Notes: generated by a model from the letters alone, not told the origin. A stretch of DNA of 64,000 bases from Eledone cirrhosa (GCA_964016885.1 OZ024746.1:9734001-9798000); one strand, 5' to 3'. Numbered from the stretch's first letter, positions 15,320-32,515 are shown. Numbers and translations: made by a program.

Positions 15320-18300
15320 GACAGACAGACAGATAGTAATTAGGATCAAAGTCACTTTTGCAGCATATATATAAACAATTGTAATATGCCAATAAAGTAT
15401 GTTGCAACAGCAACGATTTCTTCACACTCTGGACACTACAACCCAACATGAGATGGATCTCGTAATAGCATCAAGTGCGTCAAATGGCACACTACATATA
15501 TATATGTGTGTGTATATTTGGAGTCTAGCTCTGTGGAATGTTCCAATTGCTATGAAGTTATGTCAGTAGTAAAAGTAGACAAGCTCTCCATTGTGCCATA
15601 TTATCCATTTTCTAACCTTTAACCCTTTAGCATTTAAATTGACCATATCCAGCCAGAATTCTCTCATCTCTTTCTGTTCAAACTGGCCATAACTAGCCAC
15701 TCATAATGATGTTAAGGTATCATTCTCAAAATAAATAATATCAAAATCTCATAGATTCGATATTATATGAGATAATTATATAAGATAAATCCTTTACCTT
15801 GATAATACAATAGAATATATAGGGAGTAATGTAAATGCTAATGAACCTTTTCAATTCATACACAACAGTCATAATATTGACACTGACAGGATTTTCTGCA
15901 ATAGCTAATTTCAGTGTCTCTAAATCAAGTCCATTTGGACAACCATCCCTTCACTCATCCTTTATGTTAATATCATTAGAAGCAGAAAGCCTATCCTCTC
16001 CATGTTCTTTCACATACTACATCAACATGATAAGTATTCTGGATAGATTTTCATGCTATACTTGATCCTACTATGCAACCTGTAGAACATGACATGTCAA
16101 ATGCATTCTTTAGTTGGATCAAACAGGGAGTCAAGTTGAAAGCTTATTTTAGTATAATGTTCTGATATTTTCATACCTGTATGACACATGATTATTGGGC
16201 TCATATAAACATAGCTATGTCAGATGTCTACAAATGTTAATATTACTGTAATATGCTTAATACGCACCTTGAAGTGCATTTCAAAAGCCAATAACTCCAT
16301 AGAATGTATTTTTTCAATTTTTTCAATTAGTTGAATACTAATATAAATTAACATTTTTAATAATTTTAGCCAATAGTCTGTAGCTATTCTAGGGCATTGT
16401 TTCTTAGGGTTTTAGTTAAACATATCAACTCTACTCTATTTTATTACTTATGTTATGTAGGGCAATGTTACAAAGCAACAAGAGATAAATACTGAATGCA
16501 GAAGATGTGCAATGGCTGGAAAGAAATGATATGAACATGCTCTGTTGAATGTGTTATCTAGTATATATAAACAATGAAGCATAGATGTGTTGAGATAAAA
16601 GCTGGATATAAGATGAATTAGATGTTGCATGCAAGAGAGGAGACAGCACTGGCACAGACATGTAAGGCATATGGATGTTGACAGTTACATAAAGAAATAT
16701 TATAAATTTCAAATGGAAGGAAGTTATTGAAGAGAAAGACCAAGGAAGATGTGGACAGAAGTGGTGAAAGCTGATCTCAGGTTGCTGAACCTAACAAAGC
16801 TAATAAAGAAATACAAGTGGCTACACATGGTTTCAAAAACAACCCATTCAACCTAGGCAAGCATAGAAAAGTGGATGTAAAAAAATTGCAGTGATGATGA
16901 TAATGATGGTGATGGTGGTGATGATGATGATGACATATCTACATATATCATCATCCTTTTACATTCCATTTCCATGCTAGCATGGGTTGAATAGGTCATC
17001 ATGGCCCAAGATTAGATAGATTCAAGTGACCAACCATGCTCATTATCTTCCATATTTGGCATGGTTTCTATGACTAGATTCCTTTGCTAAGATCAACCCA
17101 CTTACCAGGTGTGCTGGGTGCAGTTTTCATGACACCGACAATACTACATTTACACAATGGTTTTTTGTATAGTTTTCAACTATCAAATTCCATTCACAAA
17201 ATAAAAGCTGACCACACCCAATTGCGATGACACACAAGAGTGATGACACACAGGGCGATGACACACAACTGTGACCACTGGCATCACGCAGTAATTCAGA
17301 AGACCCGACTTCCCACGGGTACAAGCTGAAGCATATAGACAATATGCCCCCACCCCGTCCCACTGCAAAGTGGTTGTGGGGGTGCCATAGCAAAAAAGCA
17401 CCCAGCCCACACTGTAAAGAGGACGTGTAGGCACCACAGAAAGAAAGCACCCAGCACTCACTGTAAATGAGGTTGGTGTTAGGAAGGACATCCAGCTGTA
17501 GAAATCAAGCCAGAATCAGTTCCCGTATGAGCAAGGCATGGTCAGCCGACTGGACACTGCCCACAACAGGACAACCTGTCTAACCCATGCTAGCGTGGAA
17601 GAACGGAGTAAAACGGTGATGATGGTGAAAATAAATATAGCCTACATGAGGCTATAGGAGAAGGCACTTGTCAAAAGTGCTATGAGATCGAATCTGAAAC
17701 GGCATGGGGGCGAGTCAAACATCATAAGTAAACAGCTAAGTCACATGCAAAGAATATCTTTGTATTTAATTTTTATTAGTATTTTTTTGGTAAATCCATG
17801 TTTTGTTTCATGCATGGGTTTATTTGTTGCAGAAATGGATTTACAGCTGGATAATCTTTTTACCTTTAATCACTAAAGTGTGAAGAATGTATGTAACCTA
17901 TTCTTTGTTCACTCAGACAAATGGAAACAAGCAAATGTAGACATCTTTCTCCAAGCAGAAAAGCAGTGAGTGTATCTAGATGTGAACTTCTGAATATTGT
18001 CACATAAATTATATATTGCATATTACATATGTATGCACATACAGAGACACTTACACTATGTTCTAAACACACATACATATGTGTATACATAGACACTCAC
18101 ACCATGTGCTACACACACACACACATACACATATATGTGTACACATAGACATTCACACCATGGCTTACACACACACACACACGCACATACATACATATGT
18201 ATGCACATAGACACTCACACCATGTGCTACACACAGACATACAAACACACCCACGCACAACCCCCCCCCCCCCACACACACACACACACATATATATATA

Positions 18301-18559
18301 AGGCATAAGTTGTCTCTGAAGTTAAGCTTCAGGACTTATATTTCCATAGCATGGTGCCCCTGACAATGGCATCTACTCTGCTTGTTCTAGAACAAAAATG
18401 AAACAGGTTCCATGTCTACTTCACAGTTGAGTGGTTAACTGTAGGAATGGCATCCAGCTGTAAAAAACAATTGCTATAACAAATAAATCATCTCACCTAT
18501 GCAAGCATGACAAAATGGATGCAAAACAATAACACACGTGCACTCCCACATGCGCACAC

Positions 18560-19420
18560 ATATATATATTTGTATGTATATATTTGAATATATGTATATA
18601 TTTGTATGTATATATTTGTACATATGTGTATATTTGTATATATTTGTATATATGTATATATTTGTATATATGTAAATATTTGTATATATATATATATATA
18701 TTTGTATATATATATTTGTATATATATATATATATTTGTATATATATATTTGTATATATGTATATATTTGTATATATGTATATATTTGTATATATGTATA
18801 TATTTGTACATATGTATATATTTGTATATATGTATATATTTGTATATATGTATATATTTGTATGTATGTATATATTTGTATATATGTGTATATTTGTATA
18901 TATATATATATTTGTATATATGTATATATTTGTATATATGTATATATTTGTATATATGTATATATTTGTATATATGTATATATTTGTATATATATATATA
19001 TTTGTATATATATATATTTGTATATATGTATATATTTGTATATATGTATATATTTGTATATATGTATATATTTGTATATATATGTATATATTTGTATATA
19101 TATATATATATTTGTATATATATATTTGTATATATATATATATATTTGTATATATATATATTTGTATATATATATATATTTGTATATATGTATATATTTG
19201 TATATATGTATATATTTGTATATATGTATATATTTGTATATATATATATTTGTATATATATATATTTGTATATATGTATATATTTGTATATATGTATATA
19301 TTTGTATATATATATATATTTGTATATATGTATATATTTGTATATATATATTTGCATATGTATATATATATTTGTATATTTGTATATTTGTATATGTATA
19401 TATATATGTGTTTGTATATA
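18560..19420. repeat. ~18-bp TA-derived minisatellite (TTTGTATATATGTATATA)n
   Basis: Directly visible. Confidence 0.93.
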
Positions 19421-20669
19421 TATGCATATTACATAATATAGAAATGGGGTGGATAATGGATAAATAATTCTGCTCCTGTGTACATTCACGTACATTTAAT
19501 CAAATTATTATTGTACATATTGCACATTCATATTTTAATGTTAGAATAGATGGCTGGAATAGAAGGCAAAAGAAAATAATATTAATTTTATGTAGATTCT
19601 GTCAAATGATGCACTGATAATGATGATGGATTCAATACAAAGCTAAAATAACGATAGCTAAATAGTTAGGAAATGAGATTACAAGTATGACAAGAGAGTA
19701 AAATGACAGTGACTAACTGGTGAGTCTCTAAGAAGACTTAATATAGAAATGAATGATACACATGATAAACAAATGACATAATATGATAAACAAATGGCAT
19801 GATATAGTAATGTAAGTGACAAATTGTATCATAATTAGGGTTTGAAAGTGTTTGTAAAATCTATTATTACAAACATTGCAGAGTGCTGCAACAAAATTCA
19901 ACATTTTTGATTCTATATATATGATGGGGCTGGGCATTATAATGGCATTGATATTCACCTCACAAACCACTGTATTTTTCGATGACTTGATTACATAACT
20001 ACATATTACCTATAACCTGCTAAATCCATTGAAATCTACTCACTCCTGTTTGAGGAACCCCCTTCTCCCTGGTTGACCTCTACCATCTCCTATTTCTGGT
20101 CATACTAAGCCATGTAGGGCTAAGGTATTGAGTCAGATTGTCATGCCATCTAGCTTTTGGCCACCCTCTAGTTCTTGGAGTCCAGCTAAAAATGGAATAT
20201 AGTCATGTTTTTTATACAGCATGGCATCATCATGATGATTATCGATTAACGTCCATTTTCCATGCTAATGAATATATATGAAACGTGTGTATGTTGTAGT
20301 TTCCTTGAGGCATTGTGTAAAGTGTAGAAAATATTGTTTTGTTTGAAGGCTACCACAATATGATTTCAACGGTAAAAATTAAAATTATCAAATTATGATG
20401 AAAACAATGATGTTGACCTTACAGTTCTTTACATTTTGGGATAAAATCCCTTCATCAATTAATCAATTGAAGAAACTAGTTCGGGGATGTATATTTTTTT
20501 TGTCACTCTGAAGCTGCCATTTTTTTAAATTTGAAAGTTGTGTTGTTTTTTTTCCAATGCTGGAAGTAGTGAATAGATCACATGGTATGTGATCTAAGCT
20601 ATGTTCTGATCTAAACTATTGTATCATTTTCGAAATGGGAATGAAGTATGTTACTGTGTATGTCTATAT

Positions 20670-20960
20670 TAGCCAGTGGGTGTTGAGTTCTAGTCTATTG
20701 TTGATTTGGGGTAAGAGTTTAGCTGTTAGAATAGCTCCTTTGATTCTGAGATTACAAATATTCCTATCCCTGGCTTCAAAAGTATCTATTATATCTTTAT
20801 TTATCTTCTTGCACTTATCTAGATGTTACTTGAAGAGGGTTCCATGTGTGTGGAGGTGTTCTTTGATATGGATGTGTAGTGGTCTGTGTGCTGATGTAAA
20901 CATTGGATATGGTATATCACATATGTCTGTAGACAAATGTCTGTAGTAGTTGCTTCTATT
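20670..20960 (-). mobile_element. Penelope-like retroelement GIY-YIG endonuclease remnant
   Basis: Minus strand reads DICLQTYVIYHIQC, then after a frameshift RPLHIHIKEHLHTHGTLFK*HLDKC...NLRIKGAILTAKLLPQINNRLE. This resembles the PLE pattern C..VIYxIxC..R.L..RI.EH..IKEA..I....P.LN, with the YIG part deleted. Confidence 0.65.
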
Positions 20961-21191
20961 AATATTTTGATGAAGGGATTATATTCCAAAATAGAAAGAC
21001 CTATAGAAAAACTGCAAGATAACATCATTGCAATCATTATAATTTAAAAAACTTAAAATCTAATTCTCATTGTGATAGCTCTAAAACAACACACTGTGTA
21101 TGTATGTATGTATGTATGTATGTATGTATGTATGTATGTATGTATGTATGTATGTATGTATGTATGTGTGTGTGTGTATATATATATATAT

Positions 21192-21389
21192 GGAAATGCC
21201 AGTTGAAGGTAGACCACGAAAAACATGGGCGGAGGTGGTGAGAACAGACCTCAGATCATTGAAGCTCACGGTGGAGATGACGAGGGACCGTGACGAGTGG
21301 AGAGATGCTGTGCTGAATAAGACCCGTCCCACCCTTGCAAGCAGGGAAAAGCGGACGTAAAATGATGATGATGGTGATGATGATGATGA
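21192..21389 (+). mobile_element. RTE LINE 3' end, second subfamily (related copies ~28378-28531 and degenerate ~16500-16935)
   Basis: VEGRPRKTWAEVVRTDL...DRDEWR followed by GGACGTAAAATGATGATG tail. Confidence 0.8.
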
Positions 21390-21397
21390 TATATATA

Positions 21398-21720
21398 TAA
21401 ATGAACTAAGAGAGAAATTGGGAATAAGAGGGATCAGATGCTGTTTACTCGAGAAAAGACTGCGTTGGTATGGTCACGTGATGCGCATGAAAGACGACAG
21501 CTGTATAAAAAAGTGCAGGGCGATCAAAATAGATGGAAGCTACGGAGTAGGCAGACCCAGAAAAACCTGGGACGATTTGATAAATTCCGACCTCACTCAC
21601 TTACACCTCTCCAAGACAATGTCACTGGACCGAGATCTTTGGCGCTACGCAGTAACACAGAAGACCCGCCTTGCTGATGTACAAAGCGAAACCTACAGTC
21701 AGTAGACACCTCTTAACCAA
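21398..21720 (+). mobile_element. RTE LINE C-terminal fragment (same family as 45851-46740)
   Basis: RLRWYGHVMRMKDDSCIKKCRAIKIDGSYGVGRPRKTW. Confidence 0.88.
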
Positions 21721-21769
21721 AAATACAAAATATGGATTGTAACGTCAAGTTACTGTAGGTTTACCAAAG

Positions 21770-21816
<47 letters not shown>

Positions 21817-21874
21817 GCACACACACACATCACACACACACATACACATCTCACACACACACACATATCACACA

Positions 21875-21944
21875 CACACATCACTTATCTTGTTTCCATT
21901 TCTTATCCTTAAAAATGTTTAAATCATCATTCCAAAAATGAGTA

Positions 21945-21988
<44 letters not shown>

Positions 21989-22147
21989 ATATGTATATAT
22001 TTATATATATATATTTGTATATATATGTGTATATATACACACACATCACTTATCTTGTCTTCATCTCTTATCCCTAAAAATGTTTAAATCATCATTTAAA
22101 CCCCATTCCAAAAATGAGTATGAGATATATATATATGTGTATATGTA

Positions 22148-22184
<37 letters not shown>

Positions 22185-22285
22185 ATATATATGTGTGTAT
22201 ATACACACACATCACTTATCTTGTCTTCATCTCTTATCCCTAAAAATGTTTAAATCATCATTTAAATACACTCCAAAAATGAGAA
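21875..22285. repeat. Three tandem copies of an ~80-bp unique block separated by TA/TG microsatellite
   Basis: ACACATCACTTATCTTGT...AAAAATGTTTAAATCATCATT...CCAAAAATGAG at ~21876, ~22041 and ~22207. Confidence 0.85.
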
Positions 22286-23548
22286 AGATGCGTACACACA
22301 CACACACACACACTCACGCATGCACACACGCACACACACACACACACGTGTTTTCTCTTAGCTTTAGTTTTTATTAATTTTCTCTAAGTGTTCTGCTACT
22401 GTAGCCCAGCAGTTTATTACTTTAGTAGAGTTACCAAAATCAAATTTATTACTGCACAATCGCCAAAACAAATTGAGGTGTGTCGATGGAGGGATGTAGA
22501 AATGTGTAAAAATCCACATAATAGCCCAGACATCATCAATATTTTGTATTTTGTCTGATAGATCTCACATAAATCCATAACTATTGCTATGCTTCTCTCA
22601 TTTTCTTCACCGTCTTCTCCTTTTTCTCTCTCTCCTCCTCCTTCTTCCTCTTCTGCTTCTTCCTCTTCTTCTCTGACTGCTCCTCTTCTGGCTTCTTTTC
22701 CGTCTTATTGTTGTTATCATCATCATCATCATCATCAGTTTCCTCCTCCTCTGCCCCATACTTCTAATTCTGCATTATTTTTTTAAGATCATGTTTCTCT
22801 TCATTTCCTTCCCTTTCATTCTCTTCTCCCACTTCTTTCTTCAGTTTCCTTCACACACACTCTCTCTCTCTCTCTCTCTCCATATTGTTCTCTTCTCAAT
22901 TACTTTTCCCCACATTTCTCCTTTCTTGGTCTTTTCCTTTCTCTCTCCCACCTTCCTTTATATCTACATTTCTTGGTCCTCCCCCTCTCTCTCTCTCTCT
23001 CTCTCCATTCCCCCTCCTCTCCATCTCTCTCCCTCTCTCCTTCCTTTATATCTACATATTATTATCCATTTGATTCCTTAGTTTTCACTGCCACCTCCTC
23101 CTCCTCCTCCTCCTCCTCCTCCTCCTGCTTCAACTCCTGCTCCTCCTCCTCCTTCAACTCCTGCTCTATTTGTCCTAATCAAACTTTCTAAAGAATCTTC
23201 ATTTCCATTTTATAAATGTATGTTCTCTGGGAAGAATACCTATACAGACATACACACATACAAATACATACAGACAGACACACACACACACATATATAAA
23301 CATACATACATACATGATGGCTGCAACTTGATTTCGAGTAATGCCATTGCTTAATACTTAAGCATGAGTATCACTGGTATTGCTTTTTAGTCCTGTTAGG
23401 GATTCGATAAGAACAGCAACTTTTTTAAGCAAGGAAACACTTTGCACGGGGCCAATCCCACTCTCTGAACATCAAAAGTATTTGCCCAAAAAGAAGAACT
23501 GGTCTACATTATTGGATGCAGACGAAGTCACAGGTTTTATTTCAGAGT

Positions 23549-23707
23549 GACCTTCTAAAGAAATGTCTTAATAAGGACTAGGAGTCTCTCGCTCCACAAA
23601 AAAAAAGGATTTATTGGATGGCCGTTGACCTTCAGAAATGTCTTAATAAGGACTAGGAGTCTCTCACTCCACAATAAAAAAGATTTATTGGATGGCCGTT
23701 GACCTTC
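23549..23707. repeat. ~75-bp tandem duplication
   Basis: GACCTTC...AGAAATGTCTTAATAAGGACTAGGAGTCTCTC...GGATGGCCGTT repeated twice, bounded by GACCTTC. Confidence 0.85.
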
Positions 23708-24033
23708 TGAGTTCCTCCGCCCTTTGACAGGTTTTTTTTTCATCCCGCAAGATGTCCAAATTCACCCACCATACATATACATGTTTCATGTTGTTATTAT
23801 TTCTCCTTTAGATTAGATCTATAACAGTTTTATCTTCTGGATGCTGTAGTTAGTGCATATGATACTACCTCTCGGTAATCATTGGGATGGCTTTTGACCC
23901 AATCATGACACTGTAGCCCTGTTTGAACTTTTCAGTTTTTACCTATGATACTTGTTTAACCCTTTTGTTACTATATTTAATTTGTCAAATAATCAAACAT
24001 TTGAAATATTTAATAAAACTAACTTTCTGTTTA

Positions 24034-24261
24034 TTAACCCTTTAGCATTTAAACCAGAATATCCAGCCAGAATTCTCTTACCTATTTTTGTTCAAACCAG
24101 CCATAACTGGCAACTTATACCAATGATAAGGTATTGTTCTCAAAATAAATAATATCAAAATCTTGCAGCTTCGATATTATGTGAGATAATTATGTGAGAT
24201 AAAGCCTTTACTGCGAAAATATAATAGTAAATATAGAGTAATGTAAATGCTAAAGGGTTAA
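24034..24261. mobile_element. Same piggyBac-type MITE, nested inside an older MITE (~23955-24403)
   Basis: Same TIRs and TTAA TSDs. The host element has TTAACCCTTTTGTTAC.../...ATCAAAAGGGTT ends. Confidence 0.85.
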
Positions 24262-26167
24262 GCTAGTGTTTTGAACATAATTTAACACAGATTCTTACAC
24301 AAAATATGATGGAAGATTTTTAGATAAAAAGATACATTTAAATTAAACAGTTTTGTGTCATAGAACCAGGAGTGGTCTCAGGCAGTTTGATATCAAAAGG
24401 GTTCATTTTAATAATAGAAATTGTGCTCATTTATAACTAGCAATTGTTATCTATCTGGTAATGTTTGTGCTATGTTTAATTTAGCATTAATAAAGTAGCT
24501 CTAGAGCTGGTAAATTGACAGAATCGTTAGAACATTAGACAAAATGCTTTGTGGTATTTGTTCAAATTTTTACATTGTGAGTTCAACTCCCATTAATGTA
24601 ATTATCTTTCTTCCTTATGGGGTTGATAAAATAACTTTATTTTATAGCAAGTACTGCTGCCAGTTTAATCAACTTTTCCCTCACCACTGAAAAAAAACTG
24701 AAGGAAACAACTATACTAAGAATGAAAACATTGCCAATAAACACCAAACCTATGTTCTCATTGATAATTTTGTTCCAGTTATTGACTAAATAAAGAAGTA
24801 CAAATAATATATTTTAACTATCTACATTTCTATATTATGTTATTCTAATCATCATCATCATTTCATTTTACGTCCACTTTTCCCTGCTTGCAAGGGTGGG
24901 ACGGGAACTGATTCTGGCTTGATTTCTACAGCTGGATGCCCTTCCTAACACCAACCTCATTTACAGTGAGTGTTGGGTGCTTTTTTGCCGTGGCACCTCC
25001 ACGACCAGTTTGCAGTGGAATGATAGGAACCCCAGTCCCTATCATCTCATTTCTACAGCTGAGTAAACTGGAGCAATGTGAAATAAAGTGCCTTGCTCAA
25101 GGAAACAACACATCACCCGGTCTGAGAATTGAACTCACAACCTTTCGATTGCAAGGCCAATGCTCTAACCACTAAGTTATGTGCCTCTAATGTATATAAT
25201 TCTTTTGAATAAATTTTCAAATTTAGGAACAAATTGCATAAAATATTTTTACTTACTTTAAAGTGTGCTATGAATAGAAAAGAAACTTGGGAACTACTGC
25301 TTTTGAGTTTCAATAAGAAAAGCCCCCCCCCCCTCACCACACACACACACACACTCCTACCCAGTGCTCAGACACAATTCATTGAAAGAAACTAGTTGCA
25401 ATGTAAAAGAAGCACATGAAACTAATAGTATATGTTCAACAAGAAAGAAGCTCAATGCTTTTAGTAGGTTTGTAGATTCCTCATCATCAACACCACCACC
25501 ACCATTATCATAACTATCATCCTTTTCATCCTCTACATTATTATCCTCAATATCATCATCATCATCATCATCATCATTATCATTTTTGTGCATGAGGAGT
25601 TTAGGCAAGCATATTAGTAACAGCAGCTTCTTTCCAATTTATCCAGTCTCAAGACATTTCTGATTCAATGCCAATTTGTATTTTTTTTTTTTTTATGATA
25701 GAATAGATCGTTAACAATCAGATTGAATAACAATTCTTCCAGATGCTGGAAATTTCACCCATTAGCCTCCCCCACTGACACTACTACAGTCACCGCCACT
25801 ACTGCCATCACCTTATCCTTTGTATACTAACATGTACTCAGATATATTGCACTCACAAACTTGAATTTCAACTCACAAATGTCAATACTCAAACATACGC
25901 TCATACATTCAGATGTACAACAAATATGTCTTTGTGAACAAATGAACAAATACAAAACTTACAGATAAGTAGATAAAGGTAGACAGGCAGACAACTTTAA
26001 TTGCAAGGTGTTACAGAACTCCCTCCACAGCCTCCACATACTTGATCTCGCCCACTCCACCTAAGTTTCCTCCTCATTCATATTCCTGACATGTCCTTCC
26101 CTGTCTAACCTATGCCATAATGGAAAAGTGAGCACACATCCATTGTTCTGCCAGATGCCATTTGCTC

Positions 26168-26258
<91 letters not shown>

Positions 26259-27581
26259 AGACCACCACCATGTCTCAACACTTACTTTCCTCTCCTCTCC
26301 CATACACACACAATCAAATTTATCCCTGAAATACCTTTTCCTTGCCCAACTCTGCCAGCATAAAAAGTTGGGCCCACTCCACAACTCTTTCACATGCCAC
26401 TCACTTCTCATAAGGCCATTCCTCCCTCCATCACGTGGTAGTAGTGGTGCAAGGAGAAAACAAGTTTGATACATGCTGTAAAATGGTTGGTGATATGAAG
26501 GGCATCCAGCTGTAAAACACATGTGAAAATGGAACATATGAGGAAGACATATATATATAAATATATTTATATTTGTATTTATATGATGTTACTAGTTAGA
26601 ATCAGTAAGACCATTGTTCAACTTAGAACTCTGTACTTAAGAAAAGTAGAGTGGACATATTATTATAAAGATTATGTGCCCTACATTTAGGCTTCTACCA
26701 TTTCAGTAACAAATTAGAAATATATCTGTATGGTTTTGTTTCATTCAAATCTCTCTTTTGTGGGAAATGGTTATAATTTGATTGACAGATGAAGGTGGGG
26801 TACATTCAATGAGGGGAATTCTGTTATACGACCAAGTGAGAACTAAGGGGAAAAACCTAATTAAAGGGTATGATGAAATACATGGTGAGAATGAAATGAA
26901 AATGGTACAGTCAGTGGCCCATTAAATAGTATGGTTTGATTATCTATATATTGTTATAAAAATGTTTAAGTGAGCAATGTTGGTTGTTTAGTTCTCTGTT
27001 AACTGGATAATTAATTAATTTCATGGCTCTGGTGGTTTGTTAATGTGGAGTTGTTCCACACTCTAGTATTTCCAGTGTGTTCTGTTAGGATCTACTGTCA
27101 TTTTGTTTAAGGGCGAAATGAAATACAGGATTGTGTTGGTGTAAGAATTCCGTGAATGTTATTAGGTTTAGGTATTGTATAGGTGTTGTATAATGGAATC
27201 ATTCTGTGTTTAGTTTATAATGGGATAAATCAGATATGTGCAGCAGATATATTGAATATCCTTTTATTGGTTAGGTAATTTTGTTGACTATTACTGAGCA
27301 CTGTATGAATTGGTGGTATAATTATAGCTATTATTATATACTCCTTATTATAGAGGAAAGGGTTTGGTGATATAATGGGTGTGATATTGTTGTAATGTGT
27401 TTGATGGATTGATAGTTGCAAAAATGTATTGTAGCTGTAATTCAAAGTGCCTGCCTTGTCACCAACTGTGCCATGCTGAATCCCTCTGAGATTTACATTA
27501 AGGCTGCATGTGTCTATGGAATACTCAGCCACTTGTACATTAATTTTATGAGCAAGTTGTTTTATTGTTGTTTTATAAATA

Positions 27582-27649
<68 letters not shown>

Positions 27650-27699
27650 TATATATATACATACATCTCATATATATATATACATATATATATTTATGT

Positions 27700-28350
27700 T
27701 GACATGGCCCACAGAATATGTTCCTGGATTCTCAGAACTCCACTTTTGCCTGCCTTCACCATGAATACTGTTGTCCACTGTGCCCCCCCCCCCTCCCACA
27801 CACACACAAAACAAAGTAACAGGAAAATTGAAGCTCCTCAAAGCTCAATCACAAAAAAAGATAGGTGGCATGACAGGCTTTGATTATTGAGATCGAATAG
27901 AATAGAAAAACTCAAATGTTATTCTCTCCAACGCTGCCGTGAGCGCTATATTATCTACATGATGTGGAAAATATTCCATCAGCATTGCCCAAATGATGTT
28001 GGCATCACCTTTAAACTACACCCAAGGCTTGGGCCCTGTCCTATCCACCCACAACAAAAATCAAACTCACATCTGATAATAATACGGTACAATTATTTCA
28101 CCTCAATTGGCCCTGTTCTCTTTAACATTACACCAAAACACATTAAAACAGAAACAGACCCCATAAAGTTCAGAAATCTTTGGATAAAAAATTCTTTCAA
28201 AAAATCCTGGATAAACTTCCTACACCTGGATGTCTCCACAAACAATAACTCCCTTCTTGGGTGGCCAAATCCTGATTTGAAAGACTTTGCCAGATGGTGC
28301 TATTCACTTAGACATGGCCTGGAACAAAACTGGCTGAAACCTATTAAATC
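27700..28350 (+). mobile_element. CR1/L2-group LINE ORF2 C-terminal remnant
   Basis: WILRT...EYC...; KLKCYSLQRCRERYIIYMMWKI...PN...GPVLFNITPKHIK matches the post-RT LYSLQRRRERY / LFN.LP..I motifs. Clade assignment is tentative. Confidence 0.65.
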
Positions 28351-28565
28351 AAAGTTATACATATATGTACATATATAAAACATGGGTGGAGGTGGTGAGA
28401 GCAGATCTCAGATCACTGGAACTCACGGAGGAGATGAAGAAGAACCGTGACAAGTGGAGAGATGCTGTGCTGAATAGGACCCGTCTCACCCTTGCAAGCA
28501 GGAAAAAGTGGACGTAAAATGATGATGATGATATATATATAAATATGATGATGATATATATATAA

Positions 28566-28640
<75 letters not shown>

Positions 28641-28936
28641 CAGTAAAAATCGGACATATGATGATGGTATACATATATTTATATACTGCAAGGTGGTCGT
28701 GGAGGTGCCATGGCAAAAAAGCACCCAGCCCACACTGTAAAGTGGACGTGTAGGCACCACAAAAAAGCACCGAGCACTCACTGTAAATGAGGTTGGTGTT
28801 AGGAAGGGCATCCAGCTGTAGAAATCAAGCCAAATCAGTTCCTGTATGAGCAAGGCATGGTCAGCCGACCAGACACTGCCCACAACAGGACAACCCGTCT
28901 AACCCATGCTAGCGTGGAAGAACGGATGTAAAACGG

Positions 28937-28967
<31 letters not shown>

Positions 28968-29341
28968 ATATATATATATAAAAGAAATGAATACAAGGAG
29001 TTTAAAAGCTTTAAAACATGTTTATATAACAGTACACCTACGTACGTTTCACCTGGAATGGGCTTATCAATATTGACGCTTGTAATTTAACCCTGTAGGC
29101 ACAAGTATTGAGCAGATCTGCACAAACTATTGGCAACTAAATATATTTATGGCCTATCTTTCCTTTTTTCCCTCTCTTGATAATTAAACATTCTATATAT
29201 ATATATATATATATATAGCGGCGATGAATTAAGTTAGATCGCAGATATAAAAGACAGCGAGAAGCGAAAACCAACCAAACAGTGAGTGTGTTCTGTTATT
29301 AATTCTGGCAATATTACACAAATATGACCCTCCCCAAGTAT

Positions 29342-29391
<50 letters not shown>

Positions 29392-29453
29392 CCAGCCAAT
29401 ACTGGAATTAAACCATCAAGACCGTTGAGGTATGTCATACAGCAATTCATGTA

Positions 29454-29516
29454 TTTTATCTGATGAGGACGTACTGAAAAAAACACCACAGTACCTTCGA
29501 AATATATATAATAAAA
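29454..29516 (+). ncRNA. Minimal type-I hammerhead ribozyme motif
   Basis: TTTTAT-CTGATGA-GGAcGTACTG...CAGTACcTTC-GAAA-TATATA-TA-ATAAAA. Same stem I as the 33207 copy, different stem II, palindromic stem III. The module is flanked by (TA)n. Confidence 0.75.
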
Positions 29517-29752
29517 CATATATTTTGATTATGTGAATGTCTTCATTTATTAATATTCTGAATAATATATATAAATACACACATATATATATATATATAT
29601 ATAAAGCACCCAGCCCACACTGTAAAGTGGACATGTAGGCGCCATGGAAATAAAGCACCCAGTACTCACTGGAAATCAAGCCAGAATCAGATCCCATCCC
29701 ACCCTTGCAAGCAGAGAAAAGCAGACATAAAATGATGATGATGATGATGATG

Positions 29753-29821
<69 letters not shown>

Positions 29822-29930
29822 TATATATATATATATATATACATATATATATTTATATATATATACATATATTTATATATATATATATATATATTACCTC
29901 CCAAATAACTGACAGTGACTATGTAATTAT

Positions 29931-30140
29931 TGCTGGTCACCTAAATGGTCACGTTGGACAACACTGTGATGGCTATGATGGAATCCATGGAGGCTATGGG
30001 TTTGGTACTAGAAATGAGGAAGGCTCCAGAATCATGGAATTCTGTGACGCAAATAATCTAAGTATCTGTAACAGAAACTTCAAAAAACGAGACAATCACT
30101 TGATCACCTATAGATCAGGGGAACACGCCAGTCAGATTGG
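29931..30140 (+). mobile_element. RTE LINE AP-endonuclease fragment
   Basis: AGHLNGHVG...[45 protein letters not shown]...SQI. Confidence 0.85.
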
Positions 30141-30294
30141 ACTGCCGATCACTATATTTGATTTGCTAAGCTGTCTAAACATATTGTTATTACTCTGGGG
30201 TACTTTTCCCCATCTGAGTGCTAAAGCTACAGACAGAATTTGCATTCGTTAGCTTGGCCGCAACCTAAAGCTTCGTTAATGCTGCACTAGAATT

Positions 30295-32515
<2,221 letters not shown>

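Noticed and set aside
18474-19495. Long Y/I/C/H/T-rich ORFs here and at ~0.7-1.5, 5, 30-32.5, 51-52.5 and 58.7 kb
   Set aside because: Translations of (TA)n/(CA)n microsatellites.
26750-27410. Possible Penelope RT remnant on the minus strand (FHSHH-like motif)
   Set aside because: Too degenerate to support without a profile search.
29030-29070. GAAAC-type hammerhead 3' halves (also ~48720 and ~55465 on the minus strand)
   Set aside because: No matching CUGANGA box or stem I partner found. At most truncated relics.
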